A stretch of DNA of 62,545 nt, the filler included, from Porpidia crustulata (taxonomy: Eukaryota): the NCBI GenBank assembly GCA_964255105.1. It is 14 parts of 14 records of this genome, joined end to end, with 100 filler letters (N's around TTAATTAATTAA, not from the genome) between each part and the next. Parts side by side here need not be neighbours in the genome. Positions count along the whole stretch, not along the records: positions 58,207 to 62,545 come from CAXUWE010002097.1; 13 more parts are not named here. One strand, 5' to 3'. Positions within the stretch are counted from its first letter, which is position 1; every line of letters starts with the position of its first letter. Of the stretch, positions 58,909 through 62,545 are shown piece after piece. The position numbers and the translations under genes were made by a program. The notes beneath the pieces are model-generated. The model was given only the letters and a program-made list of their open reading frames with translations, ran no database searches and had not been told where the DNA came from.

Positions 58909-60690
58909 TCAACACTCGTCCGGAAGGTTGACCGACCGATTTAGGATCGCCACACCCTCAACATGCCCCGTCTGCGGGAAAAAGTCAAAGCCGCGGAGGC
59001 TCTCGATCTCGTACTTGCAGCCTCCAGTGCCCACGACCAGCGTCCCGACATCTCGAGCCTGCGTGTGAACGTTACAGCTGACGTAGACGACCCTGCATGG
59101 TCCGAACCGCAGCAGCTGGTCGAGGAAGGCGTCGTCGCAGCCCTTCCGGGGCGGATCGATGATGACGACCGTCTCGTCGGCGGTGAATGTGACTTTTTCG
59201 AATAGGGCGGATGCATCGGCGGTCATGAAGGTAGCATTCGCGACACCGTTGGCAGCAGCGTTTTCCTTGGCGAAGGCGATGGAGCCGCCGGCGATGTCGA
59301 TGCCGATGGAGGAGGTGAAGAGGGCGGAGAGGGTGACAGTGAAAAGGCCGGAGCCGCAATAAGCGTCTATGAGGTATTTCGGGGGCTTTGTGTTGGTATC
59401 TGTTTGTGGAGGAATGATGTGATCGCGGATGTAGGCGGTAAATTTGGGGAGGATCGAGTTGTTGTTTTGGAAGAAGGCGCCGGCGGGATTTTTGAAGACA
59501 AAGTTGTCAATATATTCAGTCGAGGTGGCTTTTTGGTCGGTAATGTAGGTCTTCTCTTCTATGTACGGCAGATATCGATCGTGGGTGGTCTTGCCGTTGG
59601 TGTCATGAGCGTTTGCTGTCTTACTGCCCACATCGTCATGGGTCTCATCTAGTTGCTCTTGCAAGGCTTGCACTTGGCCGTCAACAGTAAGCGACTCTCC
59701 GGACTCTGGAATCTCACTGTGAGGTTTTGGTTTTCTCGTTGTACTTTCTCTAAGAAGGATAGTAGCGCCTCTGATATACTTCGCAAATTCTTCAATCATC
59801 CGTTTTCTTTCCTTTTTCATCCCCTGCCGAATTGCATCAGTCCCAATGGGGCAGTCTTCTATGTCTATTATCTTTCGAGTATTCTTCATGTTAAATCCAA
59901 TTGGCGGAATTTCTTCGAAACTTTTCCTTAGCGAGCTATCACGTCTTACCCTTCTACTAAGGCTACCAGGCGGGCCATCGAAGTGAGGCGTCAACTTGGT
60001 TCGATACTCATATTGTAAAGGAGATCCAATCGTATCTTCAACACCTGGTATGAGGTTGGGAGTTAAGGAGGAGAAATTACGGTATGCTTTCTCAATGATG
60101 GTCTTCTTATGAGCCAGCTGTTGCTCGTACGGAAGCATTTGTATCTGGCAACCTGAGCATTTTGCAAAATATGGACACCGTATAAGAGTATCATCTCGCC
60201 GTGGGGATGGTTCATTAATTTTTATCAAGTCTGTCAAAGTATACCGGTCTTTGATAAATTGATTTACAGTTCTAGCAGTGACAACATCTCCAGGTACTGT
60301 AAACGGTACAACATAAACGTGATCAGAGCTAGAAACAAGCCCTAAACCATCACCAGTAGATGATAATTCGGATATCTTTACTTCCACCTCTGTGAACCGT
60401 TCTGGTGGAGAGTAGGAAGACTTCGAGACTTCCTGATCAGCTTCCACAAAATTTTCTTCGGCTGATGATGGTGATGTATTTTTAAAGAACAGAAGCTTTT
60501 GGACATCTTTCAGCAGAATCTCATTAGATCCCTCAATCATAGCCTTGGATCCCGTCTTCTGTCTTTTGGACGGTTTGCTTTGATGATACAGCCTTTTAGT
60601 CATCTTCCTCAGGAGAAGAAAATTCGACCTCCTTACGACAATGCCACCAGAACCCACTGGGATTGTTGAACGCAAGAATAGGTACCACAT
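58909..60690 (-). CDS. TRM2: tRNA (uracil-54-C5)-methyltransferase
   Basis: TRAM region, CPYFAKCSGCQ, YRTKLTPHF, AFFQNNNSIL, LIDAYCGSGLF, IDPPRKGC, YVSCNVHTQARD and FDFFPQTGHVE. Confidence 0.95.
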   Translation of the reverse strand: MWYLFLRSTIPVGSGGIVVRRSNFLLLRKMTKRLYHQSKPSKRQKTGSKAMIEGSNEILLKDVQKLLFFKNTSPSSAEENFVEADQEVSKSSYSPPERFTEVEVKISELSSTGDGLGLVSSSDHVYVVPFTVPGDVVTARTVNQFIKDRYTLTDLIKINEPSPRRDDTLIRCPYFAKCSGCQIQMLPYEQQLAHKKTIIEKAYRNFSSLTPNLIPGVEDTIGSPLQYEYRTKLTPHFDGPPGSLSRRVRRDSSLRKSFEEIPPIGFNMKNTRKIIDIEDCPIGTDAIRQGMKKERKRMIEEFAKYIRGATILLRESTTRKPKPHSEIPESGESLTVDGQVQALQEQLDETHDDVGSKTANAHDTNGKTTHDRYLPYIEEKTYITDQKATSTEYIDNFVFKNPAGAFFQNNNSILPKFTAYIRDHIIPPQTDTNTKPPKYLIDAYCGSGLFTVTLSALFTSSIGIDIAGGSIAFAKENAAANGVANATFMTADASALFEKVTFTADETVVIIDPPRKGCDDAFLDQLLRFGPCRVVYVSCNVHTQARDVGTLVVGTGGCKYEIESLRGFDFFPQTGHVEGVAILNRSVNLPDEC

Positions 60691-60924
60691 GCAGAATGAG
60701 ATTAGATCTTGTCATACATCTATTGGATATCTTATGTACGGAGTTTGACGAATAATAACGTATCAAAAGCGACTAGCACGGTAATCTTGTATCCAACTCG
60801 GCTAAGCTGCTGGTACCGGGTCCATTACTACTTTAATAAATAGACCGCTCTCTATCTTCAACAACTCGACGGTAGTAGCAGAGGAAAAGGGGTGGAGGAG
60901 CTGTACCACACAAGGACATACGTC

Positions 60925-62157
60925 ATGAAAGTCTCGCCGCCTTTTCGCTACCTTTTTGTACACGACTCTGCGCCAGCCCGATCATCTCTAAGGCGAAAAT
61001 TCCATTGCTCTCATTCGGTGTACGCTCGCCCTGATCCCAGGTATCCGAGCATTAAAGCGTCCAAACAGGATTTGGCAAAAGCCAACGCTCAAAAGTTTGG
61101 ACCATATTCAGACGCCCAAAAGGCAGCTGTCTCCGAATTATATACCCCAGAGCAGGTGGCTGCGATCGAAGCCGGCGAAGCAGCGATAGATCCCCAGGAT
61201 CTAGCTACGCAAGGAACGATACGGGAGGATTCTTTTGCTCTGCCCTATCTTGACGACTTATCAAATATTCATCCCGTCGTTGATAAACCTGTCCGCGCAC
61301 CAGAGACCAACTACGACCCAAACCTACGATTCAAGACTGAGGATGAGATCGCACAAGATTATGTCAAGTGGTTTAGGAGGAATCCCGATCCGGAGAACGA
61401 TCCTCCAGAATCCAGTATTCTCGACAACATGCGATTGACTATTGGCAAAGAAGAGGCGGAGCGAAACCCTCGAAGTTATCTCGCCCCGGCCATACCTAAA
61501 ATCGACAGTCTTCTTGCACCTAAAAAGCCCAATGTCGACGGAAAGGAAGTTGATCCGGGTATGATGAGACTGATGAGACAAACTGGCTTCACCAACGAGG
61601 AGATTCGACGATTCCGGGTTAAACAACTGATCTCACATCGAGTTGTGAACCAGACAAGACTGGGGAAGATCCAGAGCATGTATTTCTTAACTGTTGCTGG
61701 GAACGGAAGAGGACTGCTGGGCATTGGGGAAGGGAAATCTGCAGAGCCCGCAGATGCAAGGAAGCAGGCTCAATATGCCGCTATAAGGAACCTTCAACCA
61801 GTACCAAGATATGAAGAGCGGACAATATTCGGCGATGTAAAAGGCAAGGTCGGGGCTACCGAGTTGGAGTTAATGACCAGACCGCCAGGTATCTATCGGC
61901 ATGCTTTACTCTATACGATGATGTTATTGACAAGTTTAGGTTTCGGACTACGATGTCAAGCCTATATATTCGAGATGTGTCGATGCGCCGGAATTCAAGA
62001 CTTGGCCGCACGGGTCACAAGGTCTCGAAACCCGATGAATACTGTCAAGGCAGCTTTCCAGGCCCTAATGAGTCAACGACTGCCTGAAGACGAAGCGCGG
62101 GCTCGGGGGAAAAAGCTGGTAGATATACGGAAGGTGTATTACGGAGGGTTTGTGTAA
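60925..62157 (+). CDS. MRPS5: Mitochondrial ribosomal protein uS5m; in-frame intron 61889-61939
   Basis: Presequence, HRVVNQTRLGKI, VAGNGRGLLGIGEGKS, PRYEERTIFG, RPP/GFGLR and RSRNPMNTVKA. Confidence 0.93.
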   Translation: MKVSPPFRYLFVHDSAPARSSLRRKFHCSHSVYARPDPRYPSIKASKQDLAKANAQKFGPYSDAQKAAVSELYTPEQVAAIEAGEAAIDPQDLATQGTIREDSFALPYLDDLSNIHPVVDKPVRAPETNYDPNLRFKTEDEIAQDYVKWFRRNPDPENDPPESSILDNMRLTIGKEEAERNPRSYLAPAIPKIDSLLAPKKPNVDGKEVDPGMMRLMRQTGFTNEEIRRFRVKQLISHRVVNQTRLGKIQSMYFLTVAGNGRGLLGIGEGKSAEPADARKQAQYAAIRNLQPVPRYEERTIFGDVKGKVGATELELMTRPPGIYRHALLYTMMLLTSLGFGLRCQAYIFEMCRCAGIQDLAARVTRSRNPMNTVKAAFQALMSQRLPEDEARARGKKLVDIRKVYYGGFV

Positions 62158-62387
62158 GGTTTTCGTGGGCCATTGTACATAGCGCACCATCTTCAATGGA
62201 AGTTTTCGTGATTATTGCGCCACAACTTCGTCCCGAGACGCTCAAATCCGTTGACGTCGAGACCGTAGTATCTTCCCAGAAACCATCTCTTCCAACACCG
62301 TTGAAAAAGCCTCCACGACCCACCATCGCCATCGTATCCGCGCCACAAAACCCCCAAACCCCCATTCCCATCGCGCGACCGCACCCC

Positions 62388-62545
62388 CTACCCATCCTCA
62401 TCCCCGCCATAAATCTGCTGCTGCAGCACAATACTATACACACTCGCCTTCAACAGCGTGCACACCACACTCGTCTTCCTCTCCAGCATCCGCAACCCAT
62501 CTAAGACTTCCGCCGTCGGACGATCGGCGAGCGCGTTTAGTTGCG
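62388..62545 (-). CDS. DAD3: DASH/Dam1 complex subunit Dad3, 3' part
   Basis: Manual translation gives QLNALADRPTAEVLDGLRMLERKTSVVCTLLKASVYSIVLQQQIYGGDEDG*; not in the ORF track. Confidence 0.85.
   Translation of the reverse strand, partial: QLNALADRPTAEVLDGLRMLERKTSVVCTLLKASVYSIVLQQQIYGGDEDG

Noticed and set aside
2924..60690. tRNA-modification or cofactor-biosynthesis cluster (QNG1, TRM2, THI6, URA4, BNA5)
   Set aside because: The genes lie on different, artificially joined contigs.

Overview
This is eukaryotic DNA from a filamentous ascomycete (Pezizomycotina; a lichen-forming fungus is plausible but unproven). It is not one locus. It consists of 14 unrelated ~4.3-4.4 kb contigs, ordered by decreasing length and joined by 13 artificial 100-bp linkers (N44-TTAATTAATTAA-N44), so gene neighbourhoods only have meaning within a contig. 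About 30 genes or gene fragments, most with introns, are recognisable: UBA2, QNG1, CTK2-type cyclin, PPT1, DUG1, OPY2, THI6, eIF5, TOS1-like, Asp f4-like, URA4, CCT3, MAPEG, ISA2, BNA5, FAD monooxygenase, ECM4-type GST, class III aminotransferase, an alpha-type pheromone precursor, L-arabinitol dehydrogenase, PAQR, PCI protein, a PTS2-bearing SDR, TRM2, MRPS5 and DAD3. The most interesting signals are: (1) a recurrent C/A-rich to G/T-rich strand-skew switch that ignores gene orientation, overrides codon usage and lies at or near most contig breaks; (2) a pheromone precursor with one canonical WCYLAGQPC unit, a second Cys-free unit, and a promoter cluster of YATTGA motifs; (3) a 141-bp near-perfect foldback MITE with TTAGGG inner ends; (4) two poor-context uORFs in the eIF5 leader. 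There are also two GC-AG introns, two disrupted genes and several candidate dual-targeting N-terminal extensions. I recognised no rRNA, tRNA or CRISPR array. All homology calls come from motif recognition by eye, with no database searches.
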